The position numbers and the translations under genes were made by a program. Below are positions 10,622 to 21,698 of a DNA stretch of 64,000 bases, piece after piece. Source of the DNA: Escherichia coli (GTDB lineage Bacteria > Pseudomonadota > Gammaproteobacteria > Enterobacterales > Enterobacteriaceae); the NCBI RefSeq assembly GCF_048403405.1, contig NZ_CP183129.1. One strand, written 5' to 3'. Below the pieces are notes generated by a model. The model was given only the letters and a program-made list of their open reading frames with translations. It was not told the DNA's origin and searched no databases. How positions within the stretch are numbered: position 1 is the first letter of the stretch; each line of letters begins with the position of its first letter.

Positions 10622-11653
10622 ATGATCGCTGAACTGTTTACAAATAATGCGCTTAATCTGGTCATTATTTTCGGTAGCTGCGCAGCATTGATTCTGATGA
10701 GCTTTTGGTTTCGCCGCGGAAATCGTAAAAGAAAAGGTTTTTTATTCCATGCGGTGCAATTTTTAATCTACACCATAATTATCAGTGCTGTTGGTAGCAT
10801 CATTAATTATGTTATAGAAAACTATAAACTCAAATTTATCACCCCAGGCGTTATCGATTTTATCTGTACGTCCCTGATTGCGGTTATTCTGACGATTAAG
10901 CTATTTCTGCTGATTAATCAGTTTGAAAAACAGCAGATTAAAAAAGGTCGCGATATCACCAGTGCGCGGATTATGTCGCGTATCATCAAAATCACCATTA
11001 TTGTGGTGCTTGTTCTGCTTTATGGCGAACATTTCGGCATGAGCCTTTCTGGCTTGTTGACCTTTGGTGGTATTGGTGGTCTGGCTGTCGGTATGGCCGG
11101 TAAAGATATTCTGAGTAACTTCTTTTCCGGGATTATGCTCTATTTCGACCGTCCTTTTAGTATTGGCGACTGGATCCGTTCACCGGACAGAAATATCGAA
11201 GGTACAGTAGCGGAAATTGGCTGGCGAATTACCAAGATTACGACTTTTGATAATCGTCCGTTGTACGTACCGAACTCGCTGTTTTCGTCAATCAGCGTAG
11301 AAAACCCAGGACGAATGACCAACCGGCGCATTACCACGACCATTGGTTTACGTTATGAGGATGCGGCAAAAGTGGGCGTTATTGTCGAAGCCGTACGTGA
11401 GATGCTGAAAAACCACCCGGCCATTGACCAGCGACAAACCTTACTGGTTTATTTCAACCAGTTTGCTGACTCCTCATTGAATATTATGGTTTATTGCTTT
11501 ACCAAAACCACGGTATGGGCTGAATGGCTTGCTGCACAGCAAGACGTTTATTTGAAGATTATCGATATTGTACAGTCACACGGCGCGGACTTTGCCTTCC
11601 CCAGCCAGACGCTGTATATGGATAACATTACACCGCCGGACCAGGGTCGCTAA
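10622..11653 (+). CDS. ynaI: MscS-family mechanosensitive channel
   Basis: 343-aa ORF; N-terminal TM helices and MscS-like beta domain. Confidence 0.88.
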   Translation: MIAELFTNNALNLVIIFGSCAALILMSFWFRRGNRKRKGFLFHAVQFLIYTIIISAVGSIINYVIENYKLKFITPGVIDFICTSLIAVILTIKLFLLINQFEKQQIKKGRDITSARIMSRIIKITIIVVLVLLYGEHFGMSLSGLLTFGGIGGLAVGMAGKDILSNFFSGIMLYFDRPFSIGDWIRSPDRNIEGTVAEIGWRITKITTFDNRPLYVPNSLFSSISVENPGRMTNRRITTTIGLRYEDAAKVGVIVEAVREMLKNHPAIDQRQTLLVYFNQFADSSLNIMVYCFTKTTVWAEWLAAQQDVYLKIIDIVQSHGADFAFPSQTLYMDNITPPDQGR

Positions 11654-11664
11654 ATCAGACATCA

Positions 11665-11692
11665 CTGGCGTTATCCACAAGGGTAACGCCAG
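11665..11692. terminator. Hairpin between convergent ynaI and mppA
   Basis: Perfect 9-bp inverted repeat CTGGCGTTA-N10-TAACGCCAG; flanking T/A runs are weak. Confidence 0.5.
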
Positions 11693-11703
11693 TTCCCATC
11701 ACA

Positions 11704-13317
11704 TCAATGCTTCACAATATACATAGTCCGACTGTACGCCACATCTTCCGGGTTATTAATGGGATAACCTTTCAGCCACGGCTTGATTAATCGTCCATTG
11801 GTATATTGATAAATTGGTGCAATCGGTGCTTGCTCCATGAGGATTTTTTCTGCCGTATTGTAATCGGCATTACGCGCTTTAACGGTATTTTCCGTTGATG
11901 CCTGGGCCAGTACTTTGTCGTATGCCGGATTGTTAAAGCGTGAAATATTCCCTGAATGCGTTGACGTTAACAACGTAAGGAAAGTGGAGGGTTCATTATA
12001 ATCCCCTACCCATGAGGCGCGGATAACATCAAAATTGCCGGTGTTACGGCTATCGATATAGGTTTTCCATTCCTGATTCTGCAATTTAACATCTACGCCA
12101 AGGTTCTTTTTCCACATCGATGCTACAGCAATCGCAATTTTTTGATGGTTTTCTGAAGTGTTATACAAAAGCGTCAGCTTCAGCGGTTTTTGCGGACCAT
12201 AACCAGCTGCGCTCAACAAAGTTTTTGCCTGCGCATTCAGTTCTTCCTGACTCATTTGTTCAAACGGCGAAGGCTCCGGCGTAAAACCGGCAGTAACATC
12301 TGGTGTAAAATGCCACGCTGGCTTTTCCCCCGTCCCCAACACTTTTTCGGTCATCAGGCGGCGATCTATCGTCATACTTAATGCCAGGCGAACACGCTGA
12401 TCGGCCGTCGGCCCTTTTTGCGTGTTAAACGCATAATAATAGGTCCCGAGCTGCGGCGGCGTATAAACCTGCCCCGGAATATCCTTCAACAGCTTCTGAT
12501 ACATATTTTTCGGGAAGGATTCGGTGATATCAATATCCCCCGCGAGATAACGCTTAGTGGCTGCGGATTCCTGATTAATTGGCAGGAAGGTCACTTTTTG
12601 CAGTACCGTTTTGGCGTTATCCCAATAATGGGTATTCGGCACCACGACCAGTTTTTCATTGACTATGCGCTCTTTAAGAACATAAGCGCCATTGCCGATC
12701 AGATTTCCGGGTTTCGTCCACTCTTTACTGCTTTCTACGTTGGCTTTTTGCACTGGGAAGAAGGCAAAGTTAGCGGTTAAATTCACAAACCACGGCAACG
12801 GTTTATCAAGCTGGATTTTCAAAGTATGGGCATCAACTGCGGTGACGCCAAGCTGGTCAGGCGTGGCTTTACCATCAATAATCGCCTGTGCGTTGTTAAT
12901 TCCCGCCAGCGCGGCAAACCATGCAAATGGCGACAATGTTTTTGGGTCCACCAGACGTTGCCAGCTGTAGACAAAATCTTGCGCCGTTACCGGTGTGCCA
13001 TCCGCCCATTTTGCGTTATCGCGCAGGGTAAAAGTCCAGATACGGTTGTCATTACTTTTCCACTGAGTCGCAACGCCGGGGACAATCTCCCCTTTCTCGT
13101 TCTGATTCACCAGTCCTTCAAACAGATCGCGAATGACCTGAATCTCCGGCAGGCCCACGGCTTTAGCGGGATCCAGAGACGCTGGCTCATCTTTAATGTG
13201 GCGCACCAGCTCCTGCTTCTCTGCCAGTACTGTGCCGCTCGGAACTTCAGCAGCATACGAAAGAGAAATGCTGCTGACCAACAGCGCACAACACGTGACT
13301 GAAACAGAGTGCTTCAT
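11704..13317 (-). CDS. mppA: Periplasmic murein tripeptide-binding protein (OppA paralogue, SBP family 5)
   Basis: ORF 11704..13338; start taken at MKHSVSV (537 aa) with signal peptide. Confidence 0.88.
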   Translation of the reverse strand: MKHSVSVTCCALLVSSISLSYAAEVPSGTVLAEKQELVRHIKDEPASLDPAKAVGLPEIQVIRDLFEGLVNQNEKGEIVPGVATQWKSNDNRIWTFTLRDNAKWADGTPVTAQDFVYSWQRLVDPKTLSPFAWFAALAGINNAQAIIDGKATPDQLGVTAVDAHTLKIQLDKPLPWFVNLTANFAFFPVQKANVESSKEWTKPGNLIGNGAYVLKERIVNEKLVVVPNTHYWDNAKTVLQKVTFLPINQESAATKRYLAGDIDITESFPKNMYQKLLKDIPGQVYTPPQLGTYYYAFNTQKGPTADQRVRLALSMTIDRRLMTEKVLGTGEKPAWHFTPDVTAGFTPEPSPFEQMSQEELNAQAKTLLSAAGYGPQKPLKLTLLYNTSENHQKIAIAVASMWKKNLGVDVKLQNQEWKTYIDSRNTGNFDVIRASWVGDYNEPSTFLTLLTSTHSGNISRFNNPAYDKVLAQASTENTVKARNADYNTAEKILMEQAPIAPIYQYTNGRLIKPWLKGYPINNPEDVAYSRTMYIVKH

Positions 13318-13374
13318 AAGTTTCCCTCTAACCGACATTAAAATTGATGCGTAATTATTTGTTTCGCCTTAAAG

Positions 13375-13404
13375 AAATGCAAACAACTTCCATCAAAAAA
13401 GTGA
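13375..13404 (+). repeat. 30-bp direct repeat, copy 1 (AAATGCAAACAACTTCCATCAAAAAAGTGA)
   Basis: Identical 30-mer recurs at 16486..16515 in the same orientation. Confidence 0.95.
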
Positions 13405-13653
13405 CAAAGGAAGCATCAAATGTTTTAAGTATCAATATATCAAATCAGATTTAGTGTAAATAATAGTCTCCAAAATGCGGTAAAGCACATAGAACTCCGA
13501 ACACTACGTTCGGGCTTCGCACGTTCAAACCCGTTTTCGGTATCATAATCAGCATCTGTCGCCATTGTACGAAGAATAAAAAATGACCAAAACGTTGAAA
13601 GGAACTGAGAATACGTTAAGAGAAGAATTAAATTAATGTATCAGCAAGTAGTG

Positions 13654-14553
13654 CTAAACAGCACCTTTATACTTCAGCCTATCTATAAATAATGAGAATG
13701 CCGAGCCAGCATGTCGACGGTGTGGATAGTACAGGTGATAACCGGGTAAATCTGGTGTGAATTTATCCAAAACACGTATCAGTTTTTTTTCTTTAATAGC
13801 CCGCTCAACTTGATCATAAGGTAGATACGCCAATCCATGCCCATCAATTGCAGCATCAATGATCAGGTCTATCGTATTCAGTAAAAGCTGACCTTCCATG
13901 CGAACACGAACTTCACGTCCACCGCGTATTAATCTCCAGCGATTTGCTGTACCCGATGTGGGAAGATACAAATTAATTGCCTGATGATCTATTAATTGTG
14001 ACACTGACGTTGGAGCACTTCGACGAGAAAAATAATCCGGTGAGCCAACAATAGCCATTGGTATATCTGGCCCGATTCGAATGGCGATCATATCTTTATC
14101 CATCTCCCCACCCAGACGGACGCCTGCATCAAAACGTTCAGAAACGACATCGGTCAAACCATAATCAATGGTAAGCTGGATATCAATTTCAGGATGCGAT
14201 TTCAGGAATGTGCGCATAGCTGGTAACAATATCGTTTTTGCTGCATGTTCTACAGTAGTAATACGTATTGTCCCGGATGGGCGGTTCTGCAGATCGCTCA
14301 GGGATGTCAGGGCAGAATCTATGTCATGCAACATAGGGCCAAGAACAGACAAAAGATGCTCGCCCGCTTCAGTGGGTACAACGCTGCGCGTGGTTCGCGT
14401 CAGAAGCCGCAATCCCAATCGTTCTTCTATACGGCGCACTATCTGGCTTAAAGCTGACTGCGCCATGCTCAGGCGGGCTGCTGCGCGAGTGAAGCTACGC
14501 TCCTCTGCAACGACGACAAACGCCATCAGATCAGCGATTTCTTCACGCTTCAT
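13654..14553 (-). CDS. pgrR: LysR-family regulator PgrR (YcjZ)
   Basis: 299-aa ORF, N-terminal LysR HTH, divergent from ycjY. Confidence 0.85.
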   Translation of the reverse strand: MKREEIADLMAFVVVAEERSFTRAAARLSMAQSALSQIVRRIEERLGLRLLTRTTRSVVPTEAGEHLLSVLGPMLHDIDSALTSLSDLQNRPSGTIRITTVEHAAKTILLPAMRTFLKSHPEIDIQLTIDYGLTDVVSERFDAGVRLGGEMDKDMIAIRIGPDIPMAIVGSPDYFSRRSAPTSVSQLIDHQAINLYLPTSGTANRWRLIRGGREVRVRMEGQLLLNTIDLIIDAAIDGHGLAYLPYDQVERAIKEKKLIRVLDKFTPDLPGYHLYYPHRRHAGSAFSLFIDRLKYKGAV

Positions 14554-14690
14554 TCAGTATCTCCATACAATCTATTAATCATTTAAATGATAGGTCTAAT
14601 CATAATTTAGGGTCTAATCAACTTAATGATCAATATCTATAGTGATATCACCAACCGTCAAAACGAACCGACAACTCCATGAGGAACGGA

Positions 14691-15611
14691 ATGATGAATA
14701 ATAAAGTCAGCTTCACTAACAGCAATAATCCAACCATCTCTTTGTCTGCAGTGATCTATTTCCCTCCAAAATTTGATGAAATCCGTCAGTATCCGGCAAT
14801 TGTGGTATCTCACCCAGGTGGGGGCGTTAAAGAGCAAACGGCTGGAACCTATGCCGAAAAACTGGCGGAAAAGGGATTTGTCACTATTGCTTATGACGCA
14901 TCTTATCAAGGTGAAAGCGGCGGCGAGCCGCGTCAGTTAGAAAACCCATACATTCGTACTGAAGACGTCAGTGCCGTGATTGATTACCTGACAACGCTTT
15001 CTTATGTCGACAATACCCGAATTGGTGCGATGGGAATTTGTGCCGGTGCAGGATATACAGCCAATGCTGCAATTCAGGATCGCCGCATCAAGGCCATCGG
15101 TACTGTTAGTGCGGTCAATATTGGTTCGATGTTCCGTAATGGTTGGGAAAACAATGTGAAATCTATTGATGCCCTACCATACGTTGACGCGGGTTCAAAC
15201 GCCCGAACCAGCGATATTAGTAGCGGAGAATACGCCACTATGCCACTGGCACCAATGAAGGAGTCCGATGCGCCGAACGAAGAACTGCGTCAGGCCTGGG
15301 AGTATTACCACACCCCTCGCGCGCAGTATCCAACAGCACCGGGTTACGCTACTTTGCGCAGCCTTAACCAGATTATTACCTATGATGCTTACCATATGGC
15401 GGAAGTGTACCTGACTCAGCCGATACAGATTGTGGCGGGCAGCCAGGCAGGGAGCAAATGGATGAGTGACGACCTGTACGATCGAGCATCAAGCCAGGAT
15501 AAACGCTATCACATTGTTGAAGGCGCAAACCATATGGATCTTTATGACGGCAAAGTCTATGTGGCTGAAGCAATTTCAGTATTAGCGCCGTTCTTTGAGG
15601 AAACTCTGTAA
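14691..15611 (+). CDS. ycjY: Alpha/beta hydrolase (dienelactone hydrolase-like) YcjY
   Basis: ORF 14679..15611; start placed at the second ATG (14691), which follows a GAGGA Shine-Dalgarno. Confidence 0.8.
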   Translation: MMNNKVSFTNSNNPTISLSAVIYFPPKFDEIRQYPAIVVSHPGGGVKEQTAGTYAEKLAEKGFVTIAYDASYQGESGGEPRQLENPYIRTEDVSAVIDYLTTLSYVDNTRIGAMGICAGAGYTANAAIQDRRIKAIGTVSAVNIGSMFRNGWENNVKSIDALPYVDAGSNARTSDISSGEYATMPLAPMKESDAPNEELRQAWEYYHTPRAQYPTAPGYATLRSLNQIITYDAYHMAEVYLTQPIQIVAGSQAGSKWMSDDLYDRASSQDKRYHIVEGANHMDLYDGKVYVAEAISVLAPFFEETL

Positions 15612-15685
15612 TGAAACATATTCAAATCCGCAATAGTGATATGGCCTGGCATATTACTGCCAATAATCTGGGAAAAGTTTCATGA
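15611..15685 (+). CDS. 24-aa micro-ORF (YmjD-like) coupled between ycjY and ymjC
   Basis: ATG overlaps the ycjY stop (TAATG) and its TGA overlaps the ymjC ATG (ATGA). Below the ORF-track size cutoff; coding status unproven. Confidence 0.35.
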   Translation: MKHIQIRNSDMAWHITANNLGKVS

Positions 15686-16320
15686 AAAATGTACTGATTC
15701 TTGGTGCTGGCGGTCAGATAGCCCGCCATGTGATTAATCAACTGGCAGATAAACAAACCATTAAACAAACTTTATTTGCCCGTCAGCCAGCAAAAATCCA
15801 CAAACCCTATCCCACTAATAGCAAGATTATTATGGGGGATGTACTGAATCATGCAGCACTGAAGCAGGCCATGCAGGGACAGGATGTTGTGTATGCCAAC
15901 CTTACGGGGGAAGATTTAGATATTCAGGCAAATTCAGTGATCGCTGCGATGAAAGCCGGTGATGTTAAACGTCTGATCTTTGTTCTTTCCCTCGGTATTT
16001 ATGATGAAGTTCCAGGAAAATTTGGCGAATGGAATAATGCAGTTATTGGTGAGCCCCTAAAACCATTCCGCAGGGCTGCGGATGCAATTGAGGCTTCTGG
16101 ACTGGAATATACAATTCTTCGCCCTGCCTGGCTGACTGATGAAGATATTATTGATTATGAGCTTACCTCACGCAATGAACCATTCAAAGGTACGATCGTA
16201 TCACGTAAGAGTGTCGCTGCATTAATTACAGATATCATCGATAAACCTGAGAAACACATTGGTGAGAATATAGGCATCAATCAACCCGGGACTGATGGTG
16301 ATAAGCCATTCTTCATGTAA
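15682..16320 (+). CDS. ymjC: NAD(P)-binding Rossmann-fold protein (NmrA/atypical SDR-like), YmjC-type
   Basis: 212-aa intact ORF with N-terminal GAGGQIA glycine-rich motif. Confidence 0.75.
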   Translation: MKNVLILGAGGQIARHVINQLADKQTIKQTLFARQPAKIHKPYPTNSKIIMGDVLNHAALKQAMQGQDVVYANLTGEDLDIQANSVIAAMKAGDVKRLIFVLSLGIYDEVPGKFGEWNNAVIGEPLKPFRRAADAIEASGLEYTILRPAWLTDEDIIDYELTSRNEPFKGTIVSRKSVAALITDIIDKPEKHIGENIGINQPGTDGDKPFFM

Positions 16321-16338
16321 ATCAATTATATAGCTACC

Positions 16339-16370
16339 ATCGTACTGTACTATGTGCAGTACGATTTATT
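16339..16370 (+). terminator. Intrinsic terminator downstream of ymjC
   Basis: Perfect 9-bp stem ATCGTACTG-N9-CAGTACGAT followed by TTATT. Confidence 0.6.
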
Positions 16371-16485
16371 AAACTTATTAAGGTGAACTGATCAATCAGA
16401 TGCGATTAACATGTGTAGAACCAGTAAGAATAAAATACGCCATGTATATAACATTACGACAATTCTAATATCTGCACATCAATGA

Positions 16486-16515
16486 AAATGCAAACAACTT
16501 CCATCAAAAAAGTGA
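16486..16515 (+). repeat. 30-bp direct repeat, copy 2
   Basis: Exact match to 13375..13404, about 96-125 bp upstream of mpaA. Confidence 0.95.
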
Positions 16516-16610
16516 TACAAGATCGATAACATAGCGTTGAAGAAAAGGATTTGATAATCCGCAAAATTTGCACAACACTGCCTGTAATACTTCCTGAACC
16601 AGAGACGATC

Positions 16611-17313
16611 ATGACCGTAACTCGCCCACGCGCCGAACGCGGCGCATTTCCGCCCGGAACAGAACATTACGGACGTTCATTATTGGGCGCGCCGTTAATC
16701 TGGTTTCCGGCCCCTGCAGCCAGTCACGAAAGTGGTTTGATTCTGGCTGGCACTCACGGTGATGAAAACTCTTCGGTCGTCACGCTCTCCTGTGCTCTGC
16801 GGACGTTGACACCGTCTTTGCGCCGCCATCATGTGGTGCTGTGTGTGAATCCTGACGGCTGCCAGTTGGGGTTACGGGCCAATGCTAATGGTGTGGATTT
16901 AAACAGAAACTTTCCGGCGGCGAACTGGAAGGAAGGTGAAACCGTTTATCGCTGGAACAGCGCCGCTGAAGAACGTGATGTCGTATTGCTGACAGGTGAC
17001 AAACCTGGCTCCGAACCTGAAACCCAGGCGCTGTGCCAGCTTATACACCGCATTCAACCCGCCTGGGTGGTCTCATTCCACGATCCGCTGGCCTGTATTG
17101 AAGATCCCAGACACAGCGAATTAGGCGAATGGCTGGCCCAGGCGTTTGAATTGCCTCTGGTAACCAGCGTCGGTTATGAAACGCCTGGCTCTTTCGGCAG
17201 TTGGTGTGCAGATCTCAACTTGCATTGCATCACCGCAGAGTTTCCGCCCATCTCCTCCGACGAAGCCAGCGAAAAATATCTCTTTGCGATGGCAAACTTG
17301 CTGCGCTGGCATC

Positions 17314-17339
<26 letters not shown>
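16611..17339 (+). CDS. mpaA: Murein peptide amidase A (zinc carboxypeptidase-like)
   Basis: ORF 16551..17339; start at MTVTRPRAERG (242 aa); HGDE zinc motif (GTHGDENSS). Confidence 0.85.
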
Positions 17340-18289
<950 letters not shown>

Positions 18290-18397
18290 TGTTGTCGCGG
18301 TGGTCTGCGGATTAAGCGCAAATAGCGTTTGCTGTGTTATTGACAGTTAGCATAAACTAGGTGTGACGTTAACTATATGTAAACAGGAAAGATAATC

Positions 18398-18904
18398 ATG
18401 TCACAAACCGTTCATTTCCAGGGCAACCCGGTTACAGTCGCCAATTCCATCCCGCAGGCGGGTAGCAAAGCGCAGACTTTTACTCTCGTGGCAAAAGATC
18501 TGTCTGACGTCACCCTCGGTCAGTTTGCGGGTAAACGCAAAGTGCTGAACATTTTCCCGAGTATTGATACCGGTGTTTGCGCCGCATCAGTACGTAAGTT
18601 TAATCAACTGGCAACCGAGATCGACAACACCGTTGTGCTGTGTATCTCTGCCGATCTGCCGTTCGCCCAGTCTCGTTTCTGCGGCGCAGAAGGTCTGAAC
18701 AACGTTATCACCCTCTCCACTTTCCGTAATGCTGAATTCCTGCAAGCCTACGGTGTGGCAATTGCTGATGGCCCACTGAAAGGTCTGGCAGCGCGTGCCG
18801 TTGTGGTTATTGATGAAAATGACAATGTGATTTTCAGCCAGCTGGTGGATGAAATCACCACCGAGCCGGATTACGAAGCAGCTCTGGCTGTACTGAAAGC
18901 ATAA
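18398..18904 (+). CDS. tpx: Thiol peroxidase
   Basis: 168-aa ORF with peroxiredoxin Cys motif (..TGVCAAS..). Confidence 0.92.
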   Translation: MSQTVHFQGNPVTVANSIPQAGSKAQTFTLVAKDLSDVTLGQFAGKRKVLNIFPSIDTGVCAASVRKFNQLATEIDNTVVLCISADLPFAQSRFCGAEGLNNVITLSTFRNAEFLQAYGVAIADGPLKGLAARAVVVIDENDNVIFSQLVDEITTEPDYEAALAVLKA

Positions 18905-18908
18905 GTTA

Positions 18909-18942
18909 ATATGCCTGATGGTGTTGCACCATCAGGCATATT
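18909..18942. terminator. Bidirectional terminator between convergent tpx and tyrR
   Basis: Near-perfect palindrome ATATGCCTGATGGTG-ttg-CACCATCAGGCATAT with A/T-rich flanks. Confidence 0.7.
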
Positions 18943-18947
18943 CGCGC

Positions 18948-20489
18948 TTACTCTTCGTTCTTCTTCTGACTCAGACCGTATTCCCGCAACTTATTGGCAA
19001 TCGCGGTATGCGAAACGCCCAGGCGTTTTGCCAGTTTGCGCGTGCTGGGATAATTGCGATAAAGCTGGGTTAATACCGAGCGTTCAAAACGGCTGGTGAT
19101 TTCGTCCAGCGAACCTTCCATCGCATCTTCGCCCACGGCTACCGTTGCGGCGTCATAATCCGGTAACAAAATATCCTGTGGACGCAGCTCATAACCGTCC
19201 AGTTGTGTTAGTGCGCGATAAATAGCGTTCTTTAACTGCCGCACATTTCCCGGCCACGCATAACGCGTAAGTACAGTATTCAGGTCAGCGGCCAGTTTCG
19301 GACGCGGCACGCCCTGCTCGTCGGCAAAGCGGGCGACGAACAGCTCGGTTAAAGGCATGATGTCCTGCGGACAGTCACGTAGCGGCGGCAGATTGAGCGT
19401 CAACACGTTCAGACGATAATAGAGATCTTCACGGAACACGCCTTTTTGCACCAGTTCGACCAGATTCTTCTGCGTAGCGCAAATCACCCGCACATCGACA
19501 TGCACCTCATGGTCTTCGCCAACCCGACGGAAAGTGCCATCATTAAGGAAACGCAGTAATTTCGCCTGCATCCGTGGTGACATCTCACCTATTTCATCCA
19601 GCAGTACCGAACCACCGTTCGCCTGCTCAAAGAACCCTTTCTTCCCTTCCGGGGCATGACCAAACAGTTCACTCTCGACCGCATCTTCCGGGATAGACGC
19701 ACAGTTCAGTGCCAGGTAAGGTTTGCTCGCTCTGGGGCTTGCCTGATGACAGGCATACGCAAAGAGATCTTTTCCGGTGCCGGTATCACCGGTTATCAAC
19801 AATGGCGCGCTTAGCATCGCCAGTTTCTGCGCCTGTTCGACAACATGCTTCATTTTCGGGCTGACAGCGACAATTTGACTAAAGGCGCTGACGTCCTGGG
19901 CGGCGACATTTTGCAACTGACGGCCCATACGAATCGTTGATCGCAGCATCACCACCGCACCGGTCAGGACGTGTTGATCATTTTCATCCTGAAGATAAAC
20001 AGGCGTAATCTCCATCAGGAAATTCTGTCCATTAATAACGACATGCTCGTTATGGGAATCCTGCGGTTCGCTTTCCAGCCAGCGTAAAAAATTAAAGCCG
20101 TTAATCAATTGTGCGGCGGTATGGTTGCGCAGACGATCCAATTTTTGCCCAAAAAGCTGACAGCTCGCCGGGTTCGCCATATCCACTTTGCTTTTCATAT
20201 CGACAGAGAGCACAGGTTCAGGCAACGCTTCCAGTAACGCGCTCAACGCCAGATGCTCACGTTCAGAAGGCATCCACGGGACAGTACGGACATCGGTAAC
20301 ACCTGCAATACGGCGTATTTCGGCCATCAGACTGCTGAAACTCTCAAACTCCAGTTCAGCAAAATTGAGGTAGATTCGCCCAATGGGGTCAATCTCAATA
20401 CCGCGTAAATCAATGCCTCTTAGCACGAGTAGATCGAGTAATTCGCGGGTCAGACCGAGTCGGTCTTCACAAAAGACTTCCAGACGCAT
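18948..20489 (-). CDS. tyrR: Tyrosine repressor TyrR (sigma54-type AAA+ regulator without activation function)
   Basis: ORF 18948..20516; start at MRLEVFCEDRLG (513 aa); Walker A GDTGTGKD, C-terminal HTH. Confidence 0.92.
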   Translation of the reverse strand: MRLEVFCEDRLGLTRELLDLLVLRGIDLRGIEIDPIGRIYLNFAELEFESFSSLMAEIRRIAGVTDVRTVPWMPSEREHLALSALLEALPEPVLSVDMKSKVDMANPASCQLFGQKLDRLRNHTAAQLINGFNFLRWLESEPQDSHNEHVVINGQNFLMEITPVYLQDENDQHVLTGAVVMLRSTIRMGRQLQNVAAQDVSAFSQIVAVSPKMKHVVEQAQKLAMLSAPLLITGDTGTGKDLFAYACHQASPRASKPYLALNCASIPEDAVESELFGHAPEGKKGFFEQANGGSVLLDEIGEMSPRMQAKLLRFLNDGTFRRVGEDHEVHVDVRVICATQKNLVELVQKGVFREDLYYRLNVLTLNLPPLRDCPQDIMPLTELFVARFADEQGVPRPKLAADLNTVLTRYAWPGNVRQLKNAIYRALTQLDGYELRPQDILLPDYDAATVAVGEDAMEGSLDEITSRFERSVLTQLYRNYPSTRKLAKRLGVSHTAIANKLREYGLSQKKNEE

Positions 20490-20559
20490 GGGAACCTTCA
20501 CCTGAAAAAAGAACAATTAATATGATGATATGACACTATTTGGATAGCAGGAAGGTTTC

Positions 20560-20577
20560 TGTCAACAATCATTGACA
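20560..20577. promoter_or_regulatory. Perfect palindrome TGTCAA-N6-TTGACA upstream of tyrR (candidate TyrR box)
   Basis: 18-bp palindrome 71-88 bp upstream of the tyrR start; resembles the TyrR box consensus TGTAAA-N6-TTTACA. Confidence 0.4.
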
Positions 20578-20636
20578 CAAAGACGGAAAAACGGGCACTT
20601 CGGCGTAAAGATATCCGGTCAGCACCCGATATTGCA

Positions 20637-21698
20637 TTATTTTTCGCTGGGCGTTTTGCCTTTTTGCAGCGTCTCTTTCACCTGACCGATAAGCTGACGA
20701 CGGAAATCCCCGAGGCGAGGTTTGTCATCGTCAATCCACGGCAGAGGGCGGCAAAGCTCCATAGCTTTAATCCCCAGTCGTGCCGTCAGAAGTCCTGCAC
20801 CAATCCCCTGAGCTGCCCGGGTAGACAAACGCGCAGCGAGATCTTGCGACATCCAGTCCATCCCCACTTCGCGCACCAGTTCGCTGGCTCCGGCGAAAGC
20901 GATATTCAGCAATACCAGCTTAAACAGGCGCAAACGGCTGTAATATCCCAGTTCAATGCCATACAGCGTGGCGATGCGATTGATCAAACGCAGATTGCGC
21001 CAGGCGATAAATGCCATATCCACCAGCGCCAGCGGGCTAACGGCGATCATTAACGTTGATTCCGCTGCCGAACGGCTGATTTCGCGCCGCGCCTGGGCAT
21101 CTAAAACCGGCTGGACCAGATGAGCATACAGGCTGACCACTTCACGATCGTTCTGCGTTTCATGGATTGAGGCATACCAGCGTTGCAGTGCCGGATGCGA
21201 CTGGTCGATGCCCGCCTGCTGCGCCAGTTTTTCGCAGAATGCACGGCCTTTACCCGTGCCGTGACTGTGCAACAAATCGCGCGCTTCGTCGCGTTCATGG
21301 GCGCGCTGTCGCAAGCGCCATAAGCGCCGCCACTCTGTTACCACAGAACCTACGCCAGCGCCGATAATCAATGCCCCAGCGGCACATCCACCCAGCGCCA
21401 CCCAGTCCTGGGTTTGCCAGGCGTTCATTGTCCACTGTACACCCTGCCCGACAACGCTTGCGCCAAACAGAGCCAGCCCGCCCATCACCATTTTGCGCCA
21501 CAGGCTGCGTTTAGGACGTAACGCTGCATCCATTACCGCTTCAACTTGCCCCTCTTCTTCCTGCGCTTCATCGAGCGTGGCCGGGGCAAAATTTTGCGCC
21601 TGATTTTCGTCAAAGGTCTGCTGCGCCCTGAATTTTGGATTCTGATCGACCTCCAGTGGACCGTCGAAATCAATACGTGGTTTTAACGGTTCGGTCAT
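20637..21698 (-). CDS. ycjF: UPF0283 inner-membrane protein YcjF
   Basis: 353-aa ORF; start overlaps the ycjX stop by 4 bp. Confidence 0.85.
   Translation of the reverse strand: MTEPLKPRIDFDGPLEVDQNPKFRAQQTFDENQAQNFAPATLDEAQEEEGQVEAVMDAALRPKRSLWRKMVMGGLALFGASVVGQGVQWTMNAWQTQDWVALGGCAAGALIIGAGVGSVVTEWRRLWRLRQRAHERDEARDLLHSHGTGKGRAFCEKLAQQAGIDQSHPALQRWYASIHETQNDREVVSLYAHLVQPVLDAQARREISRSAAESTLMIAVSPLALVDMAFIAWRNLRLINRIATLYGIELGYYSRLRLFKLVLLNIAFAGASELVREVGMDWMSQDLAARLSTRAAQGIGAGLLTARLGIKAMELCRPLPWIDDDKPRLGDFRRQLIGQVKETLQKGKTPSEK

Noticed and set aside
13495-13511. Hairpin CCGAAC-N5-GTTCGG in the mppA-pgrR spacer as a pgrR terminator
   Set aside because: Short 6-bp stem with no adjacent U-run on the pgrR strand; too weak to call.
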